From contig OY970325.1 in NCBI GenBank assembly GCA_963717145.1, positions 3,552,001-3,616,000 of the forward strand: a stretch of DNA of 64,000 bases. Direction: 5' to 3'. Made by a program: the position numbers and the translations under genes. The stretch is from an uncultured Armatimonadetes bacterium (GTDB lineage: Bacteria > Armatimonadota > UBA5829 > DTJY01). Below are positions 22,813 through 32,616 of this stretch, piece after piece (the stretch's first letter is position 1; each line of letters begins with the position of its first letter). A model generated the notes under the pieces. That model was not told where the DNA came from, did no database searches, and worked only from the letters and a program-made list of their open reading frames with translations.

Positions 22813-24348
22813 TTACTCCTCGTCGGTCTGCGCCTCCTGAGCGTGAACGCCCTGCCAGAATGGCCAGTCGTCGGTGCGGAAGGGTGATGCCGGCAGCCCG
22901 GCCTTGTTGATGAGATTGCAGTCCGGGTTCATCTCCCAGGCGTAGCGCACAGCCACGGGAGTCGCGATCTCCTTACTCGAAACGACGATCGAGTCGCCGT
23001 CGACAACTGCATCCGCGGGCACGAACTTGCGATCCGCGCCCGCGATCACGAATCCCCTGAGCGGTCCCCCACCCCTAACGGCCAGCCCGCCGCCCAGCGA
23101 CGTGAAATACAGGAGGATAGTATGGTAGTCGAGGTCCATCCCGGTGTAGATCGGCCCGTCCGCGACGACATCTATCCCATAGACCTTCGCCTTCGCCTGA
23201 AGTGCGAACCGCCGGGCGACCTCCTGCTTGTTTGTGAAGTGGATATTCTTAGGATCGCCGATATCTATGTCCACCACCATGCCCGTGTTGTTCAGATCCG
23301 TCGTCTTGAGCATCGACTCGCGCAGTTCCTCCCAATGCTCATTCGGGTCCTTGGACACCCAGTTCGCCATCTGGCACAGGAAGAAGGGGAAGTCGCCCAG
23401 GCCCCACGACTTGCGCCAGTCCTGTATCATGGCGGGCATGAGCACGCGATATTCCAGCGCGCGTCCACGATTCGCCTTCCCTCCGGCCCAGAGGACTCCG
23501 CGCATTCCGTAGGGGATGAGCGGGTGGATCATGGCGTTGTAGATCGAGGCGGGTCGGGCCTGATGGCCCTCGAGGGTGCGCATCTTCGGCGCGGGCTTCC
23601 CGGCGGCCTTGGCCTCTTCCGCTGCCTTCTGTGCCGCCGCGAGTTCGGCGGGAAACGCCGCCTTGCGCTCCTCCCAGAGCTTGAAATATGGCGCGGACTC
23701 GACGGGATGCGCCTTCAGTACGTCGAGCCGCATGAACGACTCCATGTTGCTCCCGCCCCACGCGCTAAGGATGATGCCGACCGGCACCTTCAGGCTATCA
23801 TGGATCTCGCGCGCGAAGAAGTATCCCGTGGCGGTGAACTTCCCCACGGTCTCCGGGCTGCAGACCTCCCACTTCCCGACGGTGTCCGTCTGGGGCTCGG
23901 CGCGCGCCTTCAGCTCGACCGTGTAGTTCCTTATCTCCGGGTAGCCCTTCGCACCGGCGATTTCCTTCTCTGCGTTGTCGCACTGCTTGACCGCCATCAC
24001 CATGTTCGACTGCCCCGCGCAGAGCCAGACTTCGCCGACGAGGATGTTGCGGACCGTGAGCCTGTTCTTCCCGGCGACCACCATCTCGAGCGGCCCCCCG
24101 GCCATCATGGGCGACAGCTTGACCTGCCAGCGTCCATCAGGTCCGGCCGTCGTGGACGCCGTCTGCTTGCCGATCGACACTTCGACGTGCTCTCCGGGGG
24201 ATGCCGTTCCCCAGATCGGCACGGGGATGTCCCGCTGGAGCATCATGTTGTCGCTGATCAGCGCGGGGAGCTTCACATCGGCGTCCGCGGTGGCGTTGAG
24301 CATCATCAGGATCGGGATCAAGGCAAGGGCGATGCGTCCGGTTCTCAT
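22813..24348 (-). CDS. Secreted sialate O-acetylesterase (SASA) family protein
   Basis: Signal peptide, VKLPALISDNMMLQRD, GEVWLCAGQSNM, PVAVRYAW and GLPASPFRTD motifs. Confidence 0.88.
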   Translation of the reverse strand: MRTGRIALALIPILMMLNATADADVKLPALISDNMMLQRDIPVPIWGTASPGEHVEVSIGKQTASTTAGPDGRWQVKLSPMMAGGPLEMVVAGKNRLTVRNILVGEVWLCAGQSNMVMAVKQCDNAEKEIAGAKGYPEIRNYTVELKARAEPQTDTVGKWEVCSPETVGKFTATGYFFAREIHDSLKVPVGIILSAWGGSNMESFMRLDVLKAHPVESAPYFKLWEERKAAFPAELAAAQKAAEEAKAAGKPAPKMRTLEGHQARPASIYNAMIHPLIPYGMRGVLWAGGKANRGRALEYRVLMPAMIQDWRKSWGLGDFPFFLCQMANWVSKDPNEHWEELRESMLKTTDLNNTGMVVDIDIGDPKNIHFTNKQEVARRFALQAKAKVYGIDVVADGPIYTGMDLDYHTILLYFTSLGGGLAVRGGGPLRGFVIAGADRKFVPADAVVDGDSIVVSSKEIATPVAVRYAWEMNPDCNLINKAGLPASPFRTDDWPFWQGVHAQEAQTDEE

Positions 24349-24442
24349 CACGGCCGTACCTCCAGGTGATGTGCGGGAAGATGGTATCCATCCAACAGAC
24401 CTGTTCGGTACCCTGCCCATGATTCCTGCGGAGGACATGCGT

Positions 24443-24904
24443 TCAAAGCTGCTTCACGTACTCCAGGACATCGGCGGCGTGGTCGGCGACGGTCACCTTG
24501 TGCCAGATCCGGCGAATGATCCCCGCCTTGTCGATCAGGAACGTCATGCGCTCGATCCCGAGGAACGTCTTCCCGTACATCGACTTCTCCTTCATCGCGC
24601 CATATGCCTGTAGGACCGTCTTCTCAACGTCGGAGAGCAGCGGGAACGGCAGATCGAGCTTTGCGGCAAACTTCTCGTGAGTCCGCGCGCTGTCACCGCT
24701 TACGCCCAGGATGACCGCTCCGGCCTTGTCGAACTCGTGTATTGCGTCTCGAAACTGAGCCGCCTCGGCCGTTCACCCGGATGTGAAATCCTTCGGGTAG
24801 AAGTAGAGAACTACGTACTTCTCCCTGAACTCCGCCAGGGATATCGTCTTTCCCCCGGTCGCCGGCAGGGTGAACTCCGGCGCCTTGTCTCCTTCTTGCA
24901 GCAT
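24443..24904 (-). CDS. bcp: Selenocysteine-containing peroxiredoxin (BCP/PrxQ family), Sec44
   Basis: AGGAGG RBS; MLQEGDKAPEFTL...YFYPKDFTSG-TGA-TAEAAQFRD...GIERMTFLID; in-frame TGA (24773-24775) exactly at the peroxidatic Cys of PxxxTxxC; 153 codons plus stop. Confidence 0.9.
24744..24763 (-). promoter_or_regulatory. Putative bacterial SECIS hairpin
   Basis: UGA followed by GCG-G-CUC-[AGUUUC]-GAG-A-CGC stem-loop; loop starts 16 nt after UGA and has G at position 2 followed by U. Confidence 0.7.
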
Positions 24905-25118
24905 CCCGCTACCTCCTGTTTGGTCTCCACATAGGCATGCTTCGATACCACTATTCAGTCTTCCGCTCGATCAGGCCTTCCCAAACAACACGGGGCACAA
25001 TCTTACGTCTGAGATCAAGCGTCGAAGATTCCCATGGAACAAAGAGGCAATGGCAGTTGCCCAATTCACTGTGAAGCGCTATAGTGAGGTCATTCACCGG
25101 ACAGTGGCAGTCCCTTCG

Positions 25119-27068
25119 ATGGAGTTTACATTGGCACGATACTGGTTGATCGCGTTTATCCTGGTCGCCTTCGCGACGAGAGCGGAAACCGTCGGCAACG
25201 TGCCGGGAGAGGTGGGTAAGGCTATGCGTTTCCCGATTGAGATCAAAGGCGGAGAGGCTCTTCGCGAGCGTCTGCGCGTTGACCTGGCCGCCGTGCGTCA
25301 GGCTGTGCAGGAAACTGCTCTGCCGGATGATGAGCGGAAGAAGGCCTTGCAGCAGGCCGATGAGCTTGCGGAACAGGTCGAGGCTCTACCGGCCGATCTC
25401 CCACCCGGCTTCCGTGCCATCTTCCCACTCAACGACATCCACGCGGGCATCTATGCACTGAACGCCCACGTCTTGCGCGCCAGGAAGTTTCCGCCCTTGA
25501 GCGTATGGACGCAGAACCGATGGGACCCGCTCTATCCGACCCAGGCTCCCGTCAAACCGCCCAAGGGTTCGCTCAACATCAGTGTGGCCATGATGCGCCG
25601 CGAATACCGGTCCGAGGCATTCAACCTCACCAACGCGACGGACAAGCCCATGAAGTGCCATCTCAAGCTCACCGGACTGCCCGGCGGCAACAACCCGGCT
25701 TGGGTCAGTGTCCGCGAGGTGCTCTTCACCGATACATACGTGCATCTTCCCATTGCCGCCGCGCTTCCCGAAGCCCGGCGAATCACCGGCGGATACGAGA
25801 TCACCATCCCCGCCGGGACGACCCGCCAGGTGTGGCTTGAGTTCCATCCGACGAGCCTGCACGCGGACACTTACCGTGGACAGATCGCAGTGACGGCTGA
25901 AGGTGTCAGCCCTATCTCGATCCCGCTGCAGGTACACTTGTATCCTCTCGAGTTCCCTGAAGAGCTCTCGATTGCAGTGGGCGGATGGGATTACGCGTTC
26001 GACAAGGCATCGGCTCGCGATGCGGCCATTCTCGACCTCTCTGTGTTCAGCCGCTTCCTGCAGGACTACTGGGTCAACACACCCTGGGCGCGGACGATCC
26101 CTCTCGATGGCTGCACGTTCGACGCCGATGGTCACCTTACCCATGAGCCGGACTACACCTTGTGGGACCGATGGGTTACTGAGTGGAAAGGCGCGCGCTA
26201 TTACGCCGATTTCCTTCAGTTCGAAGACAGCTTCTTCGGCGAGAAAATGGGTACTCCGCGCTTCAAGCGGATGGTCGGCGAATGGTTTGTCGCCTGGATG
26301 AGACACGCGAAAGCACAGGGGATTGAACCAGGCCGCATCCTTCTGCTGATCCTCGATGAGTCGAGGACTCCTGAGGAAGACGCGATCGTCATACCCTACG
26401 CCGAGGCGATCAAGGCCGTTGAGCCAAAGGCGCTGATCTACCAGGACCCACTTCATAAGGACCCGCGCGCAGTCGATCCGCGCTTCTACGATCTGTCCGA
26501 TATCATCTCTCCCATGGCCACGCGCTTTGTCTCAGGATCGGCCGAGTACCGCGATTTCTACTTGTCCCAGAAGGACGCCGGGCGCGAGCTTTGGTTCTAC
26601 TCCTGCACCAACGGCAAGCAACTGGACCCAATCACGTACTGGCGCGGGCAGTTCTGGCTCGCGATCGAGCATGGCGCGAAAGGCTCCTTCTACTGGTCAT
26701 TCGGCGACGAGGGGCGGTCCGGCGGGTCGTTCAACGCGTACACCTCGCCGGCGCATATGTTCTGCCCGTTCTTCATAGACCGCGAGATGGGCATCATCGA
26801 CGGCAAGCACATGCAGGCCATCCGTGAGGGCGCCGAGGACTACGAGTACTTCGCCATGCTGAGGCAGCGGGTTGCCGGCCTCGAAGCGCGAGGGGAGGAT
26901 TCCGCGGACCTACAGACGGCGAAGAAGCTGTTGGCGGAAGGGCCCTCGATGGTCACGCGCGAGATATCCGTGGACCGGATCGGATGGGATACTCCAAAGG
27001 ACCGGGCACTGATGGACGAGGTGCGGATCCAGGTGCTCGATGCTCTCAAGGCACTGAGCCCACAGTGA
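25119..27068 (+). CDS. Secreted hypothetical protein, glycoside hydrolase-like (DUF4091/GH123-like C-terminus)
   Basis: Signal-like N-terminus; LDE, LWFYSC and AIREGAEDYEY motifs; start uncertain (25119/25131/25224). Confidence 0.55.
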   Translation: MEFTLARYWLIAFILVAFATRAETVGNVPGEVGKAMRFPIEIKGGEALRERLRVDLAAVRQAVQETALPDDERKKALQQADELAEQVEALPADLPPGFRAIFPLNDIHAGIYALNAHVLRARKFPPLSVWTQNRWDPLYPTQAPVKPPKGSLNISVAMMRREYRSEAFNLTNATDKPMKCHLKLTGLPGGNNPAWVSVREVLFTDTYVHLPIAAALPEARRITGGYEITIPAGTTRQVWLEFHPTSLHADTYRGQIAVTAEGVSPISIPLQVHLYPLEFPEELSIAVGGWDYAFDKASARDAAILDLSVFSRFLQDYWVNTPWARTIPLDGCTFDADGHLTHEPDYTLWDRWVTEWKGARYYADFLQFEDSFFGEKMGTPRFKRMVGEWFVAWMRHAKAQGIEPGRILLLILDESRTPEEDAIVIPYAEAIKAVEPKALIYQDPLHKDPRAVDPRFYDLSDIISPMATRFVSGSAEYRDFYLSQKDAGRELWFYSCTNGKQLDPITYWRGQFWLAIEHGAKGSFYWSFGDEGRSGGSFNAYTSPAHMFCPFFIDREMGIIDGKHMQAIREGAEDYEYFAMLRQRVAGLEARGEDSADLQTAKKLLAEGPSMVTREISVDRIGWDTPKDRALMDEVRIQVLDALKALSPQ

Positions 27069-28225
27069 CTGTTGAAGAGAAGAGCGCGGAGTTGACTTCA
27101 AAGGACCTGATATGCGACACGATAGCGCGAAGAAAGACAGACCGAATACCGCTGGTCGAACTCGCCTACTGGCCTGAGACGATCAGCAGATGGGAAGGCG
27201 AGGGATTACCTCCCGGCACCGATCCCCGCGACCTCTTCGGACTCGACCGCATATTCATCTACTACCCCGATGACTCCCCGAGGTTCGAGGAGAGGGTCGT
27301 CGAGGAAGATGAAGAGACAATTGTTGTGACGGACCGTTTCGGGCGGACCGTGAAGAAGTGGAAGCATTCGACCGCTACTCCAGTGAACCTCGGGTATGGC
27401 ATTGATGACATAGCAGACGCCGATGCCTACATGAGCCGCTATGATTCGCTCGATAATCGAAGCGCCGATGAGAAGCAGGTCGAGGAGTACAAGTCGTGCG
27501 CCGAGAGAGGGGACTTCACGGCTATATCGCCCCTCGAACCGGCCTGGTTCATCATCGAGCACCTTCTGGGCTTCGAGCAGGGTCTCATGGCATTCATGGA
27601 GCATCCCGATGAAGTCGCCGCGGTGATGAGGCGGCTGATGGATTACAGCCTGGCGCATATGGAATGGCTGATCGAGGCCAGAGGCATCAAGTTCGACGCA
27701 CTCTGGTTCTTCTCCGATCTGTGCTTCAAGAACGGCATGCTCTTTTCTCCAAGAATGTACCGCGAACTGGTCATGCCGATTCACAAGGAATACAAGCGCT
27801 TCTGCGATGAGCATGAGATGTTCCTGATGTTGCATTGCGACGGCGACGTGAGGAACTTCATTCCTTTGATCATAGAGTCGGGCTTCGACGTCATACAGCC
27901 TCTGGAAGCGAGGGCCGGCAACGATGTCAGAGAGCTGAAGGCATTGTACGGCGAAAGCATCACGTTCTTTGGAAACATCAATGCTGATGTAATCGCCGGT
28001 GGCACGAATGAGGAAATCAGAGAAGAGGTGGCATCAAAGGTGAATGCCGCAAAGCAGGGCGGCGGCTACATCTATCACATCGACCACTCCGTCCCGCCAA
28101 CGGTAAGCTTCGAGAACTATCGCCTCTTGATGAGAAATTCTCAAGGAGAACATGTGGATTCAGCAGAACGGCAGATCTCAAGCGTGAGATCTGCCGTTCT
28201 ATACCCTAAGCGGAGTAGTCGATAA
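27065..28225 (+). CDS. Uroporphyrinogen decarboxylase (URO-D/MtaA-CmuA) family protein
   Basis: SDLCFKNGMLFSP, LHCDG, QPLE, FGNI and GGGYIYHIDHSVP motifs; C-terminal tail possibly frameshift-extended. Confidence 0.85.
   Translation: MTVEEKSAELTSKDLICDTIARRKTDRIPLVELAYWPETISRWEGEGLPPGTDPRDLFGLDRIFIYYPDDSPRFEERVVEEDEETIVVTDRFGRTVKKWKHSTATPVNLGYGIDDIADADAYMSRYDSLDNRSADEKQVEEYKSCAERGDFTAISPLEPAWFIIEHLLGFEQGLMAFMEHPDEVAAVMRRLMDYSLAHMEWLIEARGIKFDALWFFSDLCFKNGMLFSPRMYRELVMPIHKEYKRFCDEHEMFLMLHCDGDVRNFIPLIIESGFDVIQPLEARAGNDVRELKALYGESITFFGNINADVIAGGTNEEIREEVASKVNAAKQGGGYIYHIDHSVPPTVSFENYRLLMRNSQGEHVDSAERQISSVRSAVLYPKRSSR
28165..28200. terminator. Hairpin between convergent URO-D gene and rnpB
   Basis: AGAACGGCAGATCTCA-AGCG-TGAGATCTGCCGTTCT perfect inverted repeat. 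Confidence 0.6.
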
Positions 28226-28619
28226 GCCGGGTTCTGTCGTGGATGATCATCTATCTGGGATGCGCGTTGCCGCGCACCTCGTGCGGCCTTTACCCGGAGG
28301 GTCGGCGGGCAGCTTCAACCCCTCCCTATTCGGCCTTGCTCCAGATGGGGTTTACCAAGCCTCCGCATCACTGCGGAGCTGGTGGTCTCTTACACCACCG
28401 TTTCAGCTTTGCCCCCCTAGCACCGCCGTAGGGGAGGCCTTCAACGGCCTCCTGAGCGGGAGGCCGTTGAAGGCCTCCCCTACGGCGTGCTAGGGCGTTT
28501 TCTTTTCTGTGGCACTTTCCGTAGGATCGCTCCCCCTCGCCGTTAGCGAGCATCGTGCCCTGCGGAGCCCGGACTTTCCTCCCCGTCCTCTCGGACAGGG
28601 CGACCATCTGACTTACTCC
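28212..28619 (-). ncRNA. rnpB: RNase P RNA (bacterial type A)
   Basis: GAGGAAAGTCCGGGC, GGAAAGTGCCACAGAAA, GGTAAACCCC and ACAGAACCCGGCTTATC conserved blocks; complementary P1 ends. Confidence 0.97.
28428..28483. repeat. GTAG-capped REP-like palindrome inside rnpB P12
   Basis: GTAGGGGAGGCCTTCAACGGCCTCC ... GGAGGCCGTTGAAGGCCTCCCCTAC. Confidence 0.8.
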
Positions 28620-28625
28620 ATTGGT

Positions 28626-28634
28626 ATTATATCA
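28626..28634 (-). promoter_or_regulatory. Extended -10 promoter of rnpB
   Basis: TGaTATAAT 6 nt upstream of the rnpB 5' end. Confidence 0.8.
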
Positions 28635-28661
28635 CATTTGCACCACACGCTATCATCGATC

Positions 28662-31040
28662 TCAGCGCTCCCGCAGCTCGACGTTGGTCGCCCGGAGCAG
28701 GCGATACGTATGCGCTCCGATCTTGTAGCACGAACTGATCCCTGTGACCGCCACGTATTGGCCGACGGGGTCCGTTCCCTCTGGAACCGGCACAGCGCCC
28801 AGCACCTTCAGGCCCGATAGACCGTCGTTGAGGTTCGAGCCGTCACTCACGTAGAAGCAGCCTTCTCCCGTGGCCGTTACTTTTCCCCAGACCTTGATGA
28901 GCAGCCCGACGTTGTTCGTCCCGAGCCCGAGCGCTCCGCCGCCGACGTCGTTGCAACGCATTCCCAGAGGTGATGGCGCGGTTCCTGGACAATTGGTGGT
29001 TCCAACCTCTCCCGCCAGTATATAGCGCTCCCCGTCGTCATTGGTCCGCATCGTCCCCGAGACGTACACGATATCGTTCGTCCAGACCGGAGTCGTCGTG
29101 ACCACCTGGATGCCGGAAGCGCGGTTCTCCTCCTCGACATAGAAGAGACCCGGCAGGATCTCGTTCCCCGCTGTGACGACTTTGCCCTCTAACCTGACCT
29201 GCGATCCGTCCTCGATTTGCCGGCATGAGCCGATTGCAGACGAAGGCACCAGAATATTCACTCCTATGGCAGACGGCTCTGAGGTCCACTGGGGCCAGGG
29301 ATCAGGCCTGTTCAGTGTCACGACCGTGTTCACAGTACAATCCGCGCTGACATCAGACAGGTTGAACTGGTCTGTCGTTACCGACGTCAGATAGGATCTG
29401 GATTCGCCGGGCACGAGAACCTGATCATCAGTAACGGTGCAGATGACCGTGTCATCGTATCCATATGCCAAGTTGCCACTCAGAGTGCTCGTAATGGTGA
29501 AATCCGCCAGCGGTTCAGTCCCGCAGTTGCTCACTGTACTGCGGACATACATCCGATCGCCTGTCATCAGTGCGGCTGACTGCTTGAAGGGACCCTGTTC
29601 GCAGCAGGATGCGCCGGAATCCAGGCTCAGACATGTGAAGAAGGTGGAAGGCAGATCAACGGCTTGTCCGGTAATGTCATTGGCGCTCAGGTCACTGAAG
29701 GCGCCTGACATAGTCTTGATGGCAATCGGCAAGGCCTGTTGATACGGCGCGAGGGGGAACGCCGAGAGCACGCCGCGGATCGTCAGTTCCACATCCGATC
29801 CGGTGATGGCGGGATCTATCGATATTCCCGGAGCGGCAGCATCCATTCTGGTTGTGACCGTCGCTCCGCCGTTATGGCTTTCCACGAAGATCGAGATGTC
29901 GGTGGAACCATCCCGACCGATGTCAAGGTAGACCTCGTAGGCTTCCATACCGGTATCGCGGAATACATCCAGCAGAGTGAACCCTGGCACGATACTGCGC
30001 TTCTTAGTCAAGATGCCGCCGTCACCATCGGCGTCCCAAGCGATCTTGCCGCTTGCGATGTCGAGCCCGACGTAGAGAATGTCCTGATCGGAATCAAGCA
30101 GGCAGAGTACCTGACCGATGTTGAAACCCGAGGGAGGGATGATATTGGAGGCCGGGCGCGGGATCTCGAACGCATCGGGCCCAAGTGGCTCGTCCTCGGT
30201 ACCGGCCAGTCCGGTGCGCGAATCGCTCCATACGTCGGGACACGCTATGAGCCTGGGATCATCCTTGAAATCGGCCTCGACGTCCCCCGTCAGAGCCATC
30301 ATGATTGGATATGCCATTTCGACCACCGAGTCCGTATAGTCTTCTCCGCTGTAGTCGCTGTACGACCCCGATCTGGTGAGGATTCTGACTGGTATGCTGG
30401 TCTGCGACGGTAACTGAAGCGCTTGCGCCAGCCCGTGAATCGCGAGTTCGACGTCCGATCCGGTGAAAGTCGAGTCGACAGTGACGCCGGCAGGCCTGAT
30501 CGGCGCGACGGTCTGAACGGTAACGCCGCCGTCGTCACTCAGCACTAGTATCCTCATATCCGGAGAGTAGTACGCGCTGGGATTCACGTCAAGCTCGATC
30601 CGGTACTCTTCCATTCCGTCGTCCGAGAACATCTCGCGGAGCATGGAGCCAGGCACAATCGCAGGGTTGTGCGTCGTTATGTTGCCATTCCCATCCGCGT
30701 CCCAGGCGATCTTGCCATCAGCCACGTCCAGACCCAGATAGAGGGTATCGGTCGCTGACTCATAGAAGCTTACGACTCGCTCGAGGTTGAACCCTGATGG
30801 AGGTATCATCAACTCCGCTGGCGGCGGCGAGACGAACGCCGATTGGTCCAACGGCGCGTCATCAGTACCCGCGCCGCCGGCTATCGGATCAGCTACGACG
30901 TCAGGGCGTGACTGGATCAGTGGCAAGCCTGTGAAATCCGCGTCCACGTTGCCGGTGAAGGTAATCGGGAACGCCCCCGCGATCGGGGCAAGGCAGAGGA
31001 GCAGAACTGCGGACAGCATCACTACGAACTTCGTGTTCAT
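28662..31040 (-). CDS. Secreted protein with two tandem ~220-aa repeats and C-terminal paired OB-fold-like domain
   Basis: Signal peptide; duplicated PPSGFN...LGLD..GKIAWDADG block; C-terminal FYVEEENRASGI...GLLIKVWGKVT...FYVSDGS...VTGISSC. Confidence 0.8.
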   Translation of the reverse strand: MNTKFVVMLSAVLLLCLAPIAGAFPITFTGNVDADFTGLPLIQSRPDVVADPIAGGAGTDDAPLDQSAFVSPPPAELMIPPSGFNLERVVSFYESATDTLYLGLDVADGKIAWDADGNGNITTHNPAIVPGSMLREMFSDDGMEEYRIELDVNPSAYYSPDMRILVLSDDGGVTVQTVAPIRPAGVTVDSTFTGSDVELAIHGLAQALQLPSQTSIPVRILTRSGSYSDYSGEDYTDSVVEMAYPIMMALTGDVEADFKDDPRLIACPDVWSDSRTGLAGTEDEPLGPDAFEIPRPASNIIPPSGFNIGQVLCLLDSDQDILYVGLDIASGKIAWDADGDGGILTKKRSIVPGFTLLDVFRDTGMEAYEVYLDIGRDGSTDISIFVESHNGGATVTTRMDAAAPGISIDPAITGSDVELTIRGVLSAFPLAPYQQALPIAIKTMSGAFSDLSANDITGQAVDLPSTFFTCLSLDSGASCCEQGPFKQSAALMTGDRMYVRSTVSNCGTEPLADFTITSTLSGNLAYGYDDTVICTVTDDQVLVPGESRSYLTSVTTDQFNLSDVSADCTVNTVVTLNRPDPWPQWTSEPSAIGVNILVPSSAIGSCRQIEDGSQVRLEGKVVTAGNEILPGLFYVEEENRASGIQVVTTTPVWTNDIVYVSGTMRTNDDGERYILAGEVGTTNCPGTAPSPLGMRCNDVGGGALGLGTNNVGLLIKVWGKVTATGEGCFYVSDGSNLNDGLSGLKVLGAVPVPEGTDPVGQYVAVTGISSCYKIGAHTYRLLRATNVELRER

Positions 31041-31256
31041 CTCGGAAGCCTCCTGTATGAGTTCTGGACGGGAGCAACTGCGAGTGGTCAACTGGCCAGG
31101 ACAGCTAACTGGTAGTATCTGCCAGCGTCGGGGATTATATCATATGTGTTACCATTCGCGCAAGCCATATATTCTAAGCTCATCTATATTCGGTGCATCC
31201 CGCGTGCGGTGATCGTGTCCGCTCTGCCCGCACCCAGGGAGGCAAAGGGCGCAAAC

Positions 31257-31991
31257 ATGGGTAAACTGACTCTGGGAATGTCATATACCTCCCAGGAAAG
31301 GCAGGCGGTCGAGGTGGCAAAAAGCATCGAGGCGATGGTTGGAGAACAGCTTTACCGTTCGCAGCTCGCAAGAAAAGAGCGTATCGAAGGGGGACACCCG
31401 GTAACGAACCCGGTGATCACCATATCCCGGACCATGGGCAGCGGCGGGCGGATCGTCGCCCGAAAGCTGGCTGATGACCTGGGATTCAGTCTCTGGGACA
31501 GGGAGCTGATCGACCTCATGGCGGAGGAGGCCGACGTGACATCGAAGGTCGTCGAGGCGTTCGACGAGAAAGCCGCGTCCGAGATCGAGCTGCTCATCCG
31601 CGGCGCGCTGGGCGATTATGAGTCCGCCGGCTTCATCTACCCGATGCACCTCGCCCGCGCGGTTGCAGTCATCGCGAGCGTGGGGAATGCGGTGATCCTC
31701 GGGCGCGGGGCGAACTACCTGCTCGGGAATGCGCTCAATGTGCGCATGGACGCATCGCTCGAGAAGCGCATCGAGAACATGATGCAGTACGAGGCGATCG
31801 ATCGCGAAGCAGCCGAGAGGAAGCTCAGGAAGTCGGACAAGGAGCGCGAGCAGTTTATCAACAAGGTGTTCGGCAAGGAGAAGATGAACTGCAGCCACTT
31901 CGACCTGTGCCTCTGGATGGACAGGTTCGACGCCGCCGACGCCGCGGAGATCATCAAGGTCGCCTACCGAAGACGGTTCAAGGTATCCTGA
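31257..31991 (+). CDS. Cytidylate kinase-like family protein
   Basis: VITISRTMGSGG P-loop variant, VILGRGA and SDKERE motifs. Confidence 0.88.
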   Translation: MGKLTLGMSYTSQERQAVEVAKSIEAMVGEQLYRSQLARKERIEGGHPVTNPVITISRTMGSGGRIVARKLADDLGFSLWDRELIDLMAEEADVTSKVVEAFDEKAASEIELLIRGALGDYESAGFIYPMHLARAVAVIASVGNAVILGRGANYLLGNALNVRMDASLEKRIENMMQYEAIDREAAERKLRKSDKEREQFINKVFGKEKMNCSHFDLCLWMDRFDAADAAEIIKVAYRRRFKVS

Positions 31992-32208
31992 CAGAACGCT
32001 CATTCTGAGCAACGTACCGCGCAGGAACGCGGTTGTTTCCACCAGAAGACGCCGTCTCCCTGCAAGGACTATTCTCCCAAATCACCCCTACTGCGAGTTT
32101 GCGAAGTCTAAGCTCGGCATCAAGGTGGTCTTCACCAGATCGGGGCAGATATCGGGACTCTGGTTTGTGGAATAGACATACAGACACTTCAGAGAGAAAG
32201 GAAGGGCA

Positions 32209-32616
32209 ATGAAGAGAAGTGCGAGGATGATAGGAAAAGCACTGCCGGCATTGATACTGGCGGTGGTCTTCGTGGCATCATGTGCGAAGCAGGGCCCTGA
32301 TCAGATGGCTGAGGGCATAATCGACTCCATGACAAAGGGCAACTTCAAAGCCGCGGTCAAGGACTTCGACGCGACAATGATGTCCAAAATGCCTGCCTCC
32401 AAGCTCGAACAGGCATGGTCGGTGCTGACGCAACAGATCGGACCGTTCAAGTCGCGCAAAGACACCCGTGAAGCTGAGGAGAAGGGGTCCAGGATAGTGT
32501 ATATCACCTGCGAGTTCGAGAGAGTAAGCCTCGATGCGAAGATCGCGTTCGATGCGAGCGACAAGGTGAGCGGCCTGTTCTTCATCCCTCGTCCATCGGC
32601 GCCAGAGGCCAAGTGA
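32209..32616 (+). CDS. DUF3887-like lipoprotein
   Basis: Lipobox VASC; FDATMMSKM...LEQAW...VSGLFF pattern. Confidence 0.7.
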   Translation: MKRSARMIGKALPALILAVVFVASCAKQGPDQMAEGIIDSMTKGNFKAAVKDFDATMMSKMPASKLEQAWSVLTQQIGPFKSRKDTREAEEKGSRIVYITCEFERVSLDAKIAFDASDKVSGLFFIPRPSAPEAK

